The notes: a model not told the origin generated them from the letters alone. A DNA stretch of 64,000 nucleotides from the human T2T-CHM13v2.0 reference genome, Homo sapiens (GCF_009914755.1 NC_060941.1), one strand, 5' to 3'. Shown: positions 16,000-33,560, counted from the first letter of the stretch. Numbers and translations: made by a program.

Positions 16000-17550
16000 A
16001 ATTGATACCTGATACGTTTAAGCCTTTTTGTGAAATACCATACACAAAGATAAAAGCGAACAAAATGTAAATGACAGTTTCTTGAATGATTAGAACATGA
16101 AAAGTCATGCAGTCACCACTCCCGTCCAGAAGAGGAGCAGCGCCAGCTCCCCTAGACCTCTCCTACGATTTTCCCATCGTAACCCTCACTACTCCCAAAG
16201 GTAACCGTTGCCTCACAATTCTTCTCTTTAACAGATCTTTACAAAACTATGCAGCCCTAAACATTATGTTACTTTTCCTTACATCTGAATTTTATCACAA
16301 ATGGAATTTAAAAACTATGTAATATTTACATCTAGTTTTTTTTACACATTATTAAGTTAGTGAGATGTATCCATGTTGTTACGTATACCGTAATTTGTTC
16401 ATTTTCTTCAATTAAAGGCCATTGTATGAGTATACCTTTATCCATTCTGTCATTAATGGACAGTTGAGTCATGTACAGTTTGGGGCTATTGTGAATAGAA
16501 CTGTTACGTTCTTGTCGATGTCTCTTGAGACATGTATGTGCTCGTTCCTGTTGGTTACATACTTAGGAATGGAATTCCTGGGCCTTAGGGTATGCATACA
16601 TTCTAGGATAGTGCCAAACAGATGACTGAAGTATTTGTATAACTCATGTCTTTTCAGCAATTTATGAGAGGTCTGTTTCTCTGCATTCTCATCAATACTT
16701 AGTAGTGTGTTAGTCTTTTTACTGGCGGTCATGTGGGTGATGTGTAGTAGTGTCTCACTGTGGTTTTGATTTGCGTTTTTCTTTTGGCTGGGGAGGCTGA
16801 ACACTTTTTCTTTTTTTCTTTTCTTTTTTTTTTTTTTGAGACGGAGTCTCACTCTGTCGCCTGGGCTGCAGTGCAGAGGTGCGATCTCAGCTCGCTGCAA
16901 CCTCTGCCTCCCAGGCTCAAGCGATTCTCCTGCCTCAGCCTCCTGAGTAGCTGGGATTACAGGCACCTGCCACTACGCCTGGCTGATGTATTGTATTTTT
17001 AGTAGAGACAGGGGTTTTACCATGTTGGCCAGGCTGGTCTCAAACTCCCTGACCTCGCGATTCACCCGCCTCGGACTCCCAAAGTGCTGGGATTACAGGC
17101 ATGAGCCACCGCCCCCCCACTGGCTGAACACCTTTTCATATGCAAATTGACCATGTGGATAGTGCCTTTTGGGATGCACCTGTTCAGGTTTTTTTGCCCA
17201 TTTTGTTTGTTTGGGGGGTGGGATTTATTGGCTCTGTAAGCAGGATATGAGCTTTTGCCCATTTATAAAATCAGATTCTCGTTGTTTTCCTTATTGCTTT
17301 AAAGAGTTCTTTATGTAGTCTCCATATAAGTCCCTTGTCAAACAAATATGTGGCAAATACCTTCTCCCAGTGTGCCTTAAATTATCTTCTTTTGATGAAC
17401 AAAGTTCTTAATTTAATTAAGTCTAATTCATCAGTCTTTTCTCTAATGGTTAGTGCTTTTTGTATTCTGTGTAAGACATTGTTTATTCCAAGATCGTGAA
17501 GATATTGTCCTGTGTTTTCCTGTAAAAGCTTTATTGTTGTATATTTCACA
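16000..17550 (-). mobile_element. Old L1M fragment containing an antisense AluS (~16805-17120)
   Basis: Degenerate antisense ORF2 end (NSIPKY; LFTIAPNC). The Alu is flanked by ggctgaacac repeats. Confidence 0.7.
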
Positions 17551-17714
17551 TTAAATAGATACGTTCTTTAAAATTGCCAACTCCTACTGCATCCTTACAA
17601 CATTTTGCTAAAACTTCCGACAATTCCAGTGCCACAACACTCCCTTCCCAGGCTGAAGCTTTTTGGGAGGTGGGGATGGAAAATGAAAGAAGCTGGCAAG
17701 AAAAACCCAGGCTT

Positions 17715-18059
<345 letters not shown>

Positions 18060-18196
18060 TCAGCCAGGACCCAGCACAGAGAGTAAATTAGCGGGGCTGG
18101 GAGTTTCTGCCATATCAGCAGTCAGATGTCTTAAAACCAGAATCTACCCAGAGTATATGTATCTTGTATCTTTTCCATAACGTTCTTTTCACTTTA

Positions 18197-18391
<195 letters not shown>

Positions 18392-19231
18392 TCAAGGTGT
18401 AAACTCACCTCAGATCCCTGTTTGTTCTTCCTGTCCACTCTGCCTCTACCCTGTTTCAAAGCTGGACCATGCCATGAAGGAAGGCTCCTCGGTTACAGCC
18501 TCCCCGAGCCCGTCAGCCACGCTGCCGAGGACACGGGAAAGAATAAGAAGCCAGAGGGAGGCGGCTGCCTGCAGGAGGTTTAGCATAAAGGAAATAGGAA
18601 TGGTAATTTGAAATTGAAGAAAACATTTAAAAAGAGCTGTCATTCAAGTATGACACCCCTGATGCCACCTGTGCTGTCCCCCATCTGACAGAAATGGACT
18701 GAGGCAGCTGCCAGAGGGGATATGAAAAAGCAATTAACATTTTCAGAAGGGGTGGCCTTCTATGGTGTAACCTTGTTGTACTGAGATTGCAGGGAAGAGA
18801 CACAAAGTTTCCAGTCATGATCACAAGAATAGTATTTCCTGCTGGAGTGATTTTTTGGTTTGTTTTTATGAACATCCTGGATTAGTTTGCAAAACATTTT
18901 ACATTTGAAGAAATCCAAAACTCATTTTGCCTGAAGAGTTATATTCTTTCATCGTTAAATCTGTAAAATTACAAATATAAGTGTGTGTCTGCTTTACTTA
19001 CTCTTCACAAAATAGTATGTGTCTAGATCTGATTGTCATAGGCTTGTTCTCTCAGAATTAGAAGCCAAAAGAAAAAAAAGAAGAAAAAAACTGGTGAAAG
19101 TCAGATGGTTCATAGTCTTTTTGAAAACCAGTAGCCATGTGCATTTTACTTAAAATAACTTTATTTCTACCTCACGAAAATACACCATGGTAGGTTATGT
19201 CTTTCCCTCTCTCTCTTTCTCTCTCCTCCCC

Positions 19232-20860
19232 ATACACAACACACACACACACACACACACATACACACAAGTTTTAGATTCAAGGGGTACATGTGCGGGT
19301 TTGTTACAGTGGTATATTGTGTGATGCTGAGGTTTGGGATACAGTTGATTCCATTACCCAGCTAGTGAGCATAGTACCCAATGGTTAGCTTTTCAGGCCC
19401 TGCCCTCCACCCTTCCTCACCCCTTTTGGAGTCCCCAGTGTCTGTTCCTATCTTTGTGTCTCTGTATACTCAATATTAAGCTCCCATTTATAAGCGAGAA
19501 AGTGTGGTAAGGTTTTCTGTTCCTGCATTGGTCACTTAGAATAATGGCCTCCAGCAGTGTCCATCCTACTGCAGAGGACATGGTTTCCTTTTTATGGGTG
19601 CATAGTATTCCATGGTGTATATGTACCATATTTTCTTTATCCATTCCACCATCGATGGGCATCTAGGTTGATTCCATGTTTTTGCTATTGTGAATAATGT
19701 GATGAATATACAAGTGCACGTGTTTTTTTGGTAGACTTTTCCTTTGAGTACATACCCAGTAATAAGATTGCTAGGTTGAATGGTAACTCTGAGGTTCTTT
19801 GAGAAATCTCAAAACCACTTTCCACAGTGGCTGAAATAATTTACACTCCCAATAGTGTATAAGTGTTCCCTTTTCTCCACAGCCTCACCAGCAGCTATTA
19901 TTTTTTGCCTTTTTAATAGTAGCTGTTCTGACTGGTGTGAGATGGTATGTTATCTCAACGAAGTTTTCATTTGCATTTCTCTGATGATTAGTGATGATCA
20001 GAATTGTTTGTATGTTTGTTGGCCACTTGTATGTCCTCTTTTGAGAAGTGTCTGTACATGTCCTTTGCCAATTTGTTAATGGGGTTGTTTTTTGCTTGTT
20101 GATTTTCTTTATCAATTCTGGATATTAGATACATAGTTTGCAAATACTTTCTCCCATTCTGAAAGTTGTTTACTCCATTGATAGTTTCTTTTGCTGTGCA
20201 GAAGCTCTTTAGTTTAATTAGATCCCACTTGTCAATTTTTGGTTTTGTTGCAGTTGCTTTTGGGGACTTAGCCAAAAATTATTCACCAAGGTCAATGTCA
20301 ATGGTATTTCCTGGGTTTTCTTCTAGGATTTTTATATTTTGAGTTCTTCCATTTAAATCTTCAGTTAATTTTTGTATGTGGTAAAAGGTAGGCCTCTAGT
20401 TTCATTCTACTCTATATGGCTAGCCAGGTATCTCAGCATCATTTACTGAACAGGGAGTTCTTTCTCCATTGTTTGTTTTTGTTGAAGATCAGATAATAGT
20501 AGGTATGCAGCTTTATCTTCTCTTCCATTGATCTGTGTGTTTGCTTTTATATCGGTACCATGCTGTTTTCATTACTGTAGAGTTGTAGCATAATTTGAAT
20601 GCCAGTAATGTGATGCCTTCAGCTTTGTTCTTCTTTTTTAGGACTGCTTTGGCTATTCAGGGTCTTTGCTGGTTCTATATGAATTTCAGAATAGTTTCTT
20701 CTAAATCTTTAAGAAGTGCAGTTGGTAGTTTGGTGGGAATAACATTGATTCTGTAAATTGCATTGGGCAGTATGGCCATTTTAATGATAGTGATGCTTCC
20801 AATCCATGACCATGAAATGTTTTTTCATTTATTTGTGTCATCTCTGGTTTCTTTCAGCCC
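19232..20860 (-). mobile_element. L1PA/PB 3' segment with (CA)n at its tail
   Basis: Antisense ORF2 ([20 protein letters not shown]; YHLTPVR) and 3'UTR; CA repeat at ~19232-19269. Confidence 0.85.
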
Positions 20861-23800
20861 CCTTCCATATGTTAACTCAGTAATGAACTTGTGTTCAGGG
20901 ACATGTTCAGCTCCAGGTAATATTGTAGGTGCTGGGGATTCCACAGTGAATGAAACAGGCAGCAGTCCCTGCTCTCATGGAACTTAAACATCCTCATGGG
21001 GTCTGGCAGTTAACTGAAATAAAAGGTAACATATGTACCCTATTTGAAGGTTGTATTGCTGTGGAGAGAAATAAAGCAGGGAAGGAGGGTTGGGAATATT
21101 GGGTGAATGGTACAATTTATACACAGTGGTCAGGGAGATGACATTCAAGCACTTGCTCCCCTCTCTTGAAGGGCTTTGGTGTCTGCATGAAGGTTTATTT
21201 CCCACCAAGGCCTAGGTGTGGAGGGTCAGAGTAAGGAGGTCTTCACTGCCGTGACTGTGCCGATAGGATCTAAAGTGACACACGGTGGGAGCCTCAGGTC
21301 AGCAGCACTGGGAAGTGAGCACCACAGCCAGACCCACCTGCCAAGCCCCGGGCCAGCTGTGTGACGTCTTGAGTGGCCCAGGATTGAGACCCAGTGAAAG
21401 GATGTGAGTCTGCCCTTGCTATGAAGTGAGGCCCTCACTGAGCTCAAAATGGCGCTCCTAGGAGGCCCTTCCTCACATTCTGCTCAACTCAGCCATTTTC
21501 CAAGCCAAGTGGGCAGCCCTGACCCAGGGAACTCATACTCCTCCTTTTCTTTCACCTAAAAGTCTACTTTGGGCTCCTAGTTTTGTGTTCTGATGGGGAA
21601 ATTTCCATCTCTAATGTAATTTCCAGTAAGAATTCTGAAGGGACAGAAAGCTGAGATGGGAATATGTCAGAAAGAATTCTAAAGATAACCCCCATGACTC
21701 TCCCTGGTAGAATGTCCTCCCCTTTATATGACACAGGGAGATGGTCTGGATGTGCCCCACCTAATCACAGAGCCCTGTAAAAGCCAAGTGATGTCTCTGG
21801 CTTGTGGCAGAAGTTGGGGAAATTCAAAGCATGAGAAGGACTCTGCATGTTCTTGGTGGCTTGAAGAGGGAGGGGCATGTGAGGAGCCGAGAAGGGCCCC
21901 TGGCTGACAGCCAGCAGGAAACAGGGACTTTCTAGCACGAAAACATTAGTGCTGAGGTCCTAGCAATGCCCAGAAATTACCATGTCAGTGCTCTGGAGTT
22001 TTGAGGTTGACAACTCCAAGTGTGGTGCCACCAGGTCCTTTGTCTCCTCCTCTGTCCTGATGCCCTCAGACCTCAGCAAAGCCAAGGATGCTCAGTTTGC
22101 TTTGCCTTCTGCTTTCCCTCAGCTGGGGGATCTTGGGCTGGAAGTCAGTCTGATGAATGTGTGGAATTCAACTCTAAGTCTCTCCTAAGTTCTCTGTCAC
22201 CTCCCAAGAAGCATGATGAGGCACAGCCACCCTACACTTCCATGGGTGGCACCTTGGCTGCATTCCTTGGTCCCTGCCATACCACTGGACCCTTGGACAC
22301 TGGTGAATCAGGCAAGGGCATGGATTGAGTCCCTACATCTCACCTGTATCTCCAAAGTTGGAATCCATAACCCTTAGCAAGTTGTAATGGGATGTTTAAG
22401 AGTTTTAAAGGCCGCTGGTTTCCTGAGTGGAATTAGAATATTATTAGAGCAGTACTGTAGCATTAGAGCCAGCTGCTCCGTGAGGTGGTGAGAGTCCTGA
22501 CCCTGGGGGTGTGAAAACAGGAGGTAAGGAGGGACACAATGAGGGCATCCCGTAGTGACTTTAGGCTTGCTCATTTCCGCAGACAGAAAATTCCTAGCAA
22601 TGGGATCTCTTTATTATATCGCTCTTAGAAACCCACCTGCCAGATCCCAGCTGTGGTTTTGTTACTATTCATTGACAGGAGTAATGAAATTTAAATGTTA
22701 CAAATACAGCTAAAGGCCTCTTTGATGCAGTCCTGGTTCCCTCTTGCCTCACTTGGTGAGAGCTGGTGACGTCATGCAAGTCCTTGCAGGCTTCTTATGC
22801 TTCACACTCAGTGTGTGTGTTCACAGACAACACAGCACTGTACTGTGTGTGTGTGTGTGTGTGTGATCTGTTTGGTTTTGGTATTGTTTTACTAAAAGGG
22901 ATCATACTGTAAGGCTCATGCTATAAACTACTTTTATTCACTTAGCATCTGTCCTAAGAGCTTCCAGATCTGTCTCGTTAACTGTGGCACAGACTTCTGA
23001 CTCTGGCCTGTGCACCCTGCGGATTCAGGCATCCTCTGTTGCATGGACATTTACATTGCTTCCAGTTTCTGGCTGTCATTAGGGGACTCACTGAGGAGGA
23101 GAATTTCTTGGCGGGTGGGTTAGGTTTGGGGTCTACATTTAACTGACCCTGGCCAGTTGCCCTCCAGAATGCTGCTGCCAGCTCCCTCCCTCCAGCAGGG
23201 CATGAGTTTATGTTTCTGTAGATCACCCCCTGCCCCTGATGTTAGCAAACGTTAAAACTTTGCAACCTGATTGGTGAAAGTTACTTTTTCATTGTTTAGT
23301 TGTTTTTTTCTGATCTGAGGGACCTGGCGTTTTCTGTGTTTGCTGACCGTCTGCATCTCCTCTCCTGCTCTGTGCACCATCACCCTGCTCCAGCTGCTTC
23401 CTGGAGCCTCCCTCCTTCCTCTCCACCTGCCCGCGTCCTCTTTCTCCTTCAGTTTCTTCCTAAGGGCCCATGGGCTTTCTTTGGCTTTTACGTTCTTCTC
23501 ACTCCGCCTTTGGCTGTTGCTGGGCCTCCCATCCCCTGGGAGGTTTCAGAGGATGGGGAAGACACAGGAGTGCAGTCACCATGCAGTGCAATATGGGCTG
23601 TAATGTTAATCCTCCACGGCCTTTATTGAGGACTTACTGTGTGCCAAGAACCTGCTCTGAGAACTTAACTGTGCTCCCTCCCTTCATGCTCATAACCACC
23701 TGTGAGACAGGCAATGTTCTCATCCCCTTTCACACAGAGAACATGGAGGCACAAAGGAGTTTCATAAATTGCCACTAAGGCCGTCCACTGGTGTGCGGCA

Positions 23801-24258
23801 GAGTCAAGATTCAAACCCAGGCTGTCTGGCTCTGGGTTTCCTCTGTTAGGTGTCAGATAGGGCCAAGGAGACACAGAGAAGGAGCACCACCTGACTTGGG
23901 CTGGGGCAGTCAGGGATGGCTTCCTGGAGGAGGTGACACCTCAGTGGAGCCTTCAAGGAGGAGCTGACCAGGCTTTGAATGTCCAGGAAGAGTGAAATGC
24001 CTGAGTGATGCTGGGAGGCTGGAGAGCTGGCCTGGCTCGGGTTGTGTGCCAGGGGGCAGGAGATCAGGACTAAGGGGTGGCCAGGGTCAGATCTAGAAGA
24101 CTTGGGCCATCCCATAGTCAATACCTCATCGCAAGGCCAGGCAGGCCTTCCACTGCTCTGTTTGTACCCCATGGGACACCAGGAGCCTGGGCCGCGGCCA
24201 CCCACCTGGGCCCCTGAGACCCAATGCACAGGCATGGGGGCGGGAGTGGGTGTGGCTG

Positions 24259-24297
24259 ATTTACATCCAACAGGTTGAGGGGAAAACCCAGGAAGTG
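24259..24297 (+). promoter_or_regulatory. TACI-paralog proximal promoter: Oct-like ATTTACAT, kB-like GGGAAAACCC, ETS CAGGAAGTG
   Basis: Motifs at 24259-24266, 24280-24289 and 24289-24297, just 5' of the exon-1 homolog. Function is inferred. Confidence 0.5.
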
Positions 24298-24333
24298 CAG
24301 CCCAGGCAATAATCAAATCTAAGACTAATAATA

Positions 24334-24406
24334 AGCATCCTGAGTAGTGAGTGGCCTGGGCTGGAGTGGGCAAGCTGGCCAGAGTGGATGGACCAGGAGG
24401 AGCCGT
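24334..24406 (+). pseudogene. TNFRSF13B (TACI) pseudogene exon 1; ATG>GTG and 1-nt deletion
   Basis: agcatcctgagta GTG AGT GGC CTG GGC...GAC CAG GAG GAG CCG T|gtgagt matches the recalled TACI 5'UTR and [20 protein letters not shown]. The CDS part is 60 nt versus a recalled 61. Confidence 0.88.
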
Positions 24407-26379
24407 GTGAGTAGCCAGGCAGGAGGGCAGGTGGGAGGTGTGAGGAGGGTTGGGTCTGAGTGCCGTGGGGGTTGGCAGGGTCCAGTAGGTGCAAGGCCCA
24501 CAGCAGATCCACACACTGGGGCAGTCCCAGCCTCCCCAAGCCCCTGCACATGGAGAGCCCCAAGTCTGGATGCCTCTGGGGTGTGGGGCTTGCCTTCTGG
24601 GAGAGAAGCCACTGAGGCTACAGGGTTGGCCACACCGGCAGGAATTCCCTTTGTCACCATGGCCCCCGCACAGCCTCCATTTTCCCCCTTACATGCCCGC
24701 TGGACCATTTTAATGCTAATCTCAAATACCAGATTGTTTTGAGTTGCTGAGACTGCAGGATTTATTCCTTAAGAACACAAACTAAAAACAAAAAACTAAG
24801 CATCATACAATTCCTGCTAAAACAATTCCTAAACATCATCACATAACCCGCCAGGGTTCAAACTGCTCTGACTATCTCTTCAATGTCTTTCTCAGTTGAT
24901 TTGTTCAAATCAGGATCCCAGCATAGCCCACATTAGACATTTGGCTATGTTTTAATCTATAACAGTTTCCACTTGTTTTTTTCTTGGTTGGTTGGTAAAG
25001 ATACTGGACTATTTATACTGCAACATTTTTATCAGGGTAGGTTTCTAAGGCTTTATGAAAGGGCTCCAGATCCTTCACTGTGCAGACAGAATCCAAGGCT
25101 GGATGGACCTAGGGCATAGCCTAGATTCACAGCCTCTCCCTGCAGCTCTGTCCCCACACTCCAGGCAGAGAACAAATCTGTTCTCTCATCCTCTTTTGTG
25201 TCCTGCGACCACATCCCCAGAATCTACCCAGCCAGGGGCTCAAATACGTAATGTTTCTCTTTCTGAGAGAGTTAGACAAGGCAGTGACCAGAGGCTGCCT
25301 TGACACAGGATGAAATTGCCCAGAGCCCTGGGGCCGGGAGTCAAGACCCAGCTAGAACTGTGACCTGGCACTAGCAGAGGCCGCCTGGTGCTGCAGAATC
25401 ACCCCTGGCCAGTTGTTCAGTGACCCACTCTGAGACCTTGGCTGAGCCACTTCCCCTCAGTGTAAAATGAAGAAGACTGTCTTTCCTACCAGATATCCCT
25501 CAAAAAAAACAAAAGTGCTTTGAACCTGTCAGATCCCCTGTTAAAGAGTCACAAGGAAAGGCTCTGAGAAGACTTGCAGTTAAAAAAATCCTTTGGCTTC
25601 CTTTAACCCAGAGATTTTTCAAGGTAATTTGACCACAGAGAACTTTCTTGGTGCAGCAGCTGTTAACTAGCCAAACGTGTGGAGGCACAAGCAGAGGGCT
25701 CAGAGAATCACCCTCTTTGGCTGCTCTCTGGTCTCAGGGTGCAGGGGAGAGTCTCTGTCCTGCATCCGAGTCTGCAGCAGCCTGGAGTATGAGCCCAGCC
25801 CACAGAGCTAGTGTCCAAGAGGAGTTCCCTTTCTTCCCTTTCCATCAATGGAGCTTCTCTCTCAAGCTTCTATTCTGCCTGGCTGGTGTCAATCTTGGGG
25901 TTTTCCTGCCCTCCTTTGACACTTGATGGTGGTTCTGGGATTTTGATGGTGGTGGAGGAGGGGGCAGGGACAGGCCCTCTGGTCAGCTTGGCATCTGCCA
26001 TCTGGTCAGTCAGGCACTGTCTCTCCATAGGTCCGGTGGCTTTGGTGGCTTCTAGGCCATGAATGGGTCTTGGAACCTCTCCAAGGCTGCCCTTGTCACA
26101 TAGAACCTGCTGCCCACGTTCCACTCAACCATCCCTTCACGGTGATATGTGGTGGGTGGTGGCTTTCTCCCTCTTTGCTCCCCCCACCCAAAAGGGGGAA
26201 GAATCAGGGGTCTGTCTTTAATTTTGTTTGATCCTTTGATTTTACATTTGCTTTTAAATATACAGTAGAGTCAGATGGTTTGAAACCCAGAAAGTATTGG
26301 AAGATGTATAATGGAAAGTCTCTTTCCCACCTTGTCCTCCATCTGCCCAGTTCCCACCTCCTCTAGAATAAGCAACATT

Positions 26380-28600
<2,221 letters not shown>

Positions 28601-30031
28601 AAATGTTTTATTTAAAACGGTGTTTTTGGTTTCTTATTTTTCAACAGGATTTCTTTATGCGTATATGATCATTCACAAAATACAGATCAGAGCTTCCCCC
28701 TTTTTGCAAAAACAACCCCCGAAATAAAAACAGAGCCTATGAGCCATGCTGTTATATACCTTATTTTGTTTTTATTTTTATTTTTTTAGTCAATATGTCT
28801 TGCTGTTCTTTCCATAGCAACATATAAAGAGCTTCCTCATTACTTCGATAGCTACATAAAAATCTAGTGTATAAATATACTGTAATTTACTCAGTCAATT
28901 CCCTGCCGATGGTTGTTGGGTTACTTTTAGTCTTCTGCTATTACAAATGTTACTGCAATGAATTTATCATTTCACACTTCAGGATAAATTGCAAAGTTTA
29001 ATCACTGGGTCAGTGGGTAAATCCCTCAGTAATTTTGACAAATGTTGCCAAATTACCCCCATGGGGGTTATTTCTGTTTACTCTCCTTTCATGAGGAATA
29101 AGAATGCCACTCTCCCCATGGCTCTGCCAAAAGAAGGTGTTACTAAACTTTTGGAGTTTTAACAATCTCTTAGGGTGAAGATGGTATCAGTGTAGTTTGA
29201 ATTTGCCGTCTCTTTTGAATGAGGCAAAGCATCCTTATGTTGTATTTTCCTGTCTATGAACTGTGTATTCATGCACTTTGCCCATTTTTCTCTTGGGTAG
29301 CTGGTCTTTATTTTTCCGTTTATTCTTTAGATTTGAGTTGCAAAGGTTTTGTGCCTGTTTTTCATATGTCTTTGGACTTAGGTGTTTGTTGTCATGAAGA
29401 AGTTTTTTTGTTTGCTTGTTTTGTGGATTCTATATTATGCATCTTTTCTTTTATGGATTTTGGGTCATAATTAGAAAGGCGTTTCATATTCCAATAATGT
29501 AAAGAAATTATCAAATGGTTTCTTCTCTATTAACTTTACATATTTTTATTCTTTTCACATTTAAATATTTTATTGGGTTGGGTCTTGATCTGAGGGAAGT
29601 TATTTCCTGTGCCTGTTTCTGGCCCAGTCACTTTGTGCCAAGAATCCTTTCTCTGAAGTGTTGAAAGCAACAGCCAGGACTTTCCCATTTCCCCACCAGG
29701 GCACCTCTCTGGATGGAGTCCTCCCTGGATGGAGGATGGAGGAGATGCAGGCAGGGAGGGAGCTGCTGATGAAACTCCGTATGATCCCTGCCCAGCTGTC
29801 TATCAGCACAGTGCAAGAATGTGGCTTGCTTTTCCTTCCACAAGCCTTTACTGAGGACAACTATATACAAGGAATCCAGTTACTGATTAGCATTTATCCA
29901 GCAACTGCTGTGTGCATGCTATCATGGAAGGCACTGGATTCAGAGACAAATGAGACAGTAGGAGGAGGCAGAATGGCTACACCCTGAAATGTCACCAATA
30001 AGAAATGTCACCCAGCAGTGGGTGCTGGGAA

Positions 30032-30067
30032 TTCAGGTTCTGGGAGTAGTTCAGGTTCTGGGAGTAG
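30032..30067. repeat. Perfect 18-bp tandem duplication
   Basis: ttcaggttctgggagtag x2. Confidence 0.9.
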
Positions 30068-30121
30068 TTCCCTCCCACCAGGAGCACTAATTTGATGCTA
30101 CTATTATTAATAATCATCATT

Positions 30122-30274
30122 GGCTGGGCACGGGGGCTCACACCTGTGGTCTTAGCTACTTAGGAGGCTGAGTGGGGACAATCGCTTGAACCCAGGAGTT
30201 CAAGGCTGCAGTGAGCTGTGATTACACCCCTGCAGTTTTGTAGAGACAGAACAACACCCTGTCTCTACAAAAAA
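30122..30274 (+). mobile_element. FLAM/Alu monomer with a perfect 3' hairpin
   Basis: ggctgggcacgggggctcacacctgt...; 14-bp inverted repeat at 30236-30272. Confidence 0.75.
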
Positions 30275-32104
30275 TTATCGTTAATATTATAATTATTTTA
30301 TATTATTATAAGATTATAACTATTGACCCATTATATTTCATACTATTTATATCACAGTAACAACTACCAGTAGTAGCAGCCGTGTCTTGGGCCAGTTACA
30401 TGCTTGTCATATACACACCCTTGAGAAGAGCTAGAAAAGGAAGCCTAGAATTCCCATTTTACAGGTCAAGAAAACTGAGGTTTTGCTTGGCCCAGGTTCT
30501 TCCCAGGATGACTCAGCTGTCCTTTCCCCACCACAGGCACTTCACTCCGGCACACTCTGGGTTACTCATCCATGGTGAATCCATTTTCAACATGAGCTGA
30601 CAGGAGTCAAAAATTATGATGGGTAGAAGTGGTTGTCCCCATTTCACAAACAGAAAACTAAGAAGGTGACTTGACCAGTTCACCCAGGACCTAATTAAGT
30701 AGTTCTTCCTTTAGAACTAGCATGGGGATGGTGGGCTCTCAACCCTGAAAATCTCTGAAGGTTCATTCTGGGTGGAGATAGGAGCAGGCAGGGGTGGGTC
30801 TTAGTGCCATTTTCAATATTTCAAAATAGCCAGGTGAGAAATCATATACAGCTCACAGAAACCAAAAGCATCTTTTCCTCCTCCTCCATCATCCTCTTCC
30901 CCCTCCTCATCTGTCCTCCTCTTTTTTCTTCTTCCACCCTTGTGTCTCCTCCTCTTCATCCTTCTCCTTCTCCTCTTTTTCCTCCTTCCTCTCCTTCCTG
31001 ATTAACAGAAACCAGATTGTAAAGTCGTCATCTATTCCCATGCACGTCGCCCAGGTCTCAGGCTGCAGCCTCATCCAGGCACACATGCCGTGTCGTCACA
31101 CTGGAATGCTCTCCTGTGCCCACCTCATTGATGAGCTCAGCTCATAGCCCCCAACCCAAGTTTGCACTCAGTGTTTGCTTGAAGGATTGAGTGAGAAATT
31201 CCTCCTATCTGCCAAGCTTTACTGTCTTTTTCCAGTCACATCTGCAGGTTTTCTTGGTGAAATTGTAAAGGGCAAGAACAAGGAGCTGACGTCTCCCCCC
31301 AACCCTGCTCCAAACTCCTGCACAGACCCCTCCCCACCAAGGAGGAAAAGATGGAGTTGGCTCACGCCAACAGGAATTGGCCCCTAAATTTTTGTTTCCT
31401 CAGTGCAGGTGTGGGCCTTGTCCAGCACAGCATTCTGTATCACAGAGAGTGGCAGTATTGATAAGGGTAGCAGCTCAGGAGGTTAAACCTTTACTAACAT
31501 GCTTAGTACCATGCTAGGCACCTGCCATGCATATGCTACTCACAATGACCCTGTGCAGTAAGCAACAGCATCCTCATTTTACAGGGGAGGATGCTGGGTC
31601 TCCAAGAGGGGAAGTTGTGCCCAGGGTCACACACACAGGAGTACCAGGCACGTGATGCACAGTCCAGGGTTCCCAAGCAGGGCTGCCCCATGGCTTTCCC
31701 CAGGCTCATCCCCAAAGGCTCAGAAACTGGTCCACTCCCCATGCTGGTCCTTCACTTGTCCATTTTAGACGCTCTGGATTGATTTCCTACTTTCTAAGGT
31801 GAGGACTTGGACGTCACTATCTGCATGCATGCAGCCTCCCTTCCCCAGGCCCCCAGTGAAGGAGGGGTGCGTGTTCAGCTGGAGTCAAGGCAGACCTGCT
31901 GGCTGCCAGCTCTGCTCCAGAATGTCAACTCCTCTGCAGTTTAGTTCTCTTCCCTCTCCTTCCTCTCTCCTAGAAAGCCTGTTTTTGCCTTCGTTCATTG
32001 ACGGTGGCCTAATGGCTCATACAGTGAGTAAACAATTTTACAGAAGAAATAATTCCACAGATAGCTCACTTATTTATGATGATGTAAATACTGCCCACAC
32101 CTGA

Positions 32105-32890
32105 GCTGTACTTTTACCATTTTAATCGTTATGATGTGTACAGTAAAGTGGCATTAAGTACATGAACAAGTACCACTATCGATACCAAAGACTTTTCTAT
32201 CGCCCCAGACAGAAATTCTGTACGCATTAATAACTTCTGCCTGTGGTAATCTCTGTTCTACTCTCTAACTCTATGAATTTGCTTCTTCTACTTTCTTCAT
32301 GTAAATGGAATTGTACAATATTTGTCTCTATATGATTGTCTTATTTCACTTAGCATAATATCTTCAAGTTCATCCATGTCGTAGCATGTGTAAGTATTCC
32401 ATTCATTTTAACAACTGAATAGTATCCCTCCGCGTACCTGTAACACATTTTGTTTATCCATTCATGCGCTGATAAACGATTGGGCTGTTTCCACCTTTGG
32501 CTGTTGTGAATATGCTGTTCTGAATGTTGGGGCACAAGTATCTGTTCACATCCCTGTTTCAGTTCCTTTAGATATTTACTTAGGCGTGGGATTACTGGGT
32601 CATGTGGTAGTTTTATGTTTGTCTTTTTGAGGAACTGCCAGACTTTTCCACAGCTGTTGCTCTGTTATACATTCCCATGAGCAGTGCCTTCACATCCACT
32701 TTCTTCACATCGCTGAAGCTGCTTATTTTCCATTTTTTTATAATAGCCATCCTAATGGGTGTGAACTGATATCTCATTGTGGTTTCAATTTGCATTTCCC
32801 TAATGAATAATGACATTGAGCATCTGTTCATGTGCTTATTGACCACTTGAATGTTTTATTTGGAGAAATGCTGATTCAAGCCTTTTGCCC
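32105..32890 (-). mobile_element. L1MB-like 3' fragment
   Basis: Antisense ORF2 end (IREMQIETTMRYQFTPIRMAIIKK). Confidence 0.8.
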
Positions 32891-32892
32891 AG

Positions 32893-33560
<668 letters not shown>

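Noticed and set aside
18420-19070. Repeat-free block that might be an exon or conserved element
   Set aside because: No recognisable protein match or convincing splice pair; conservation data needed.
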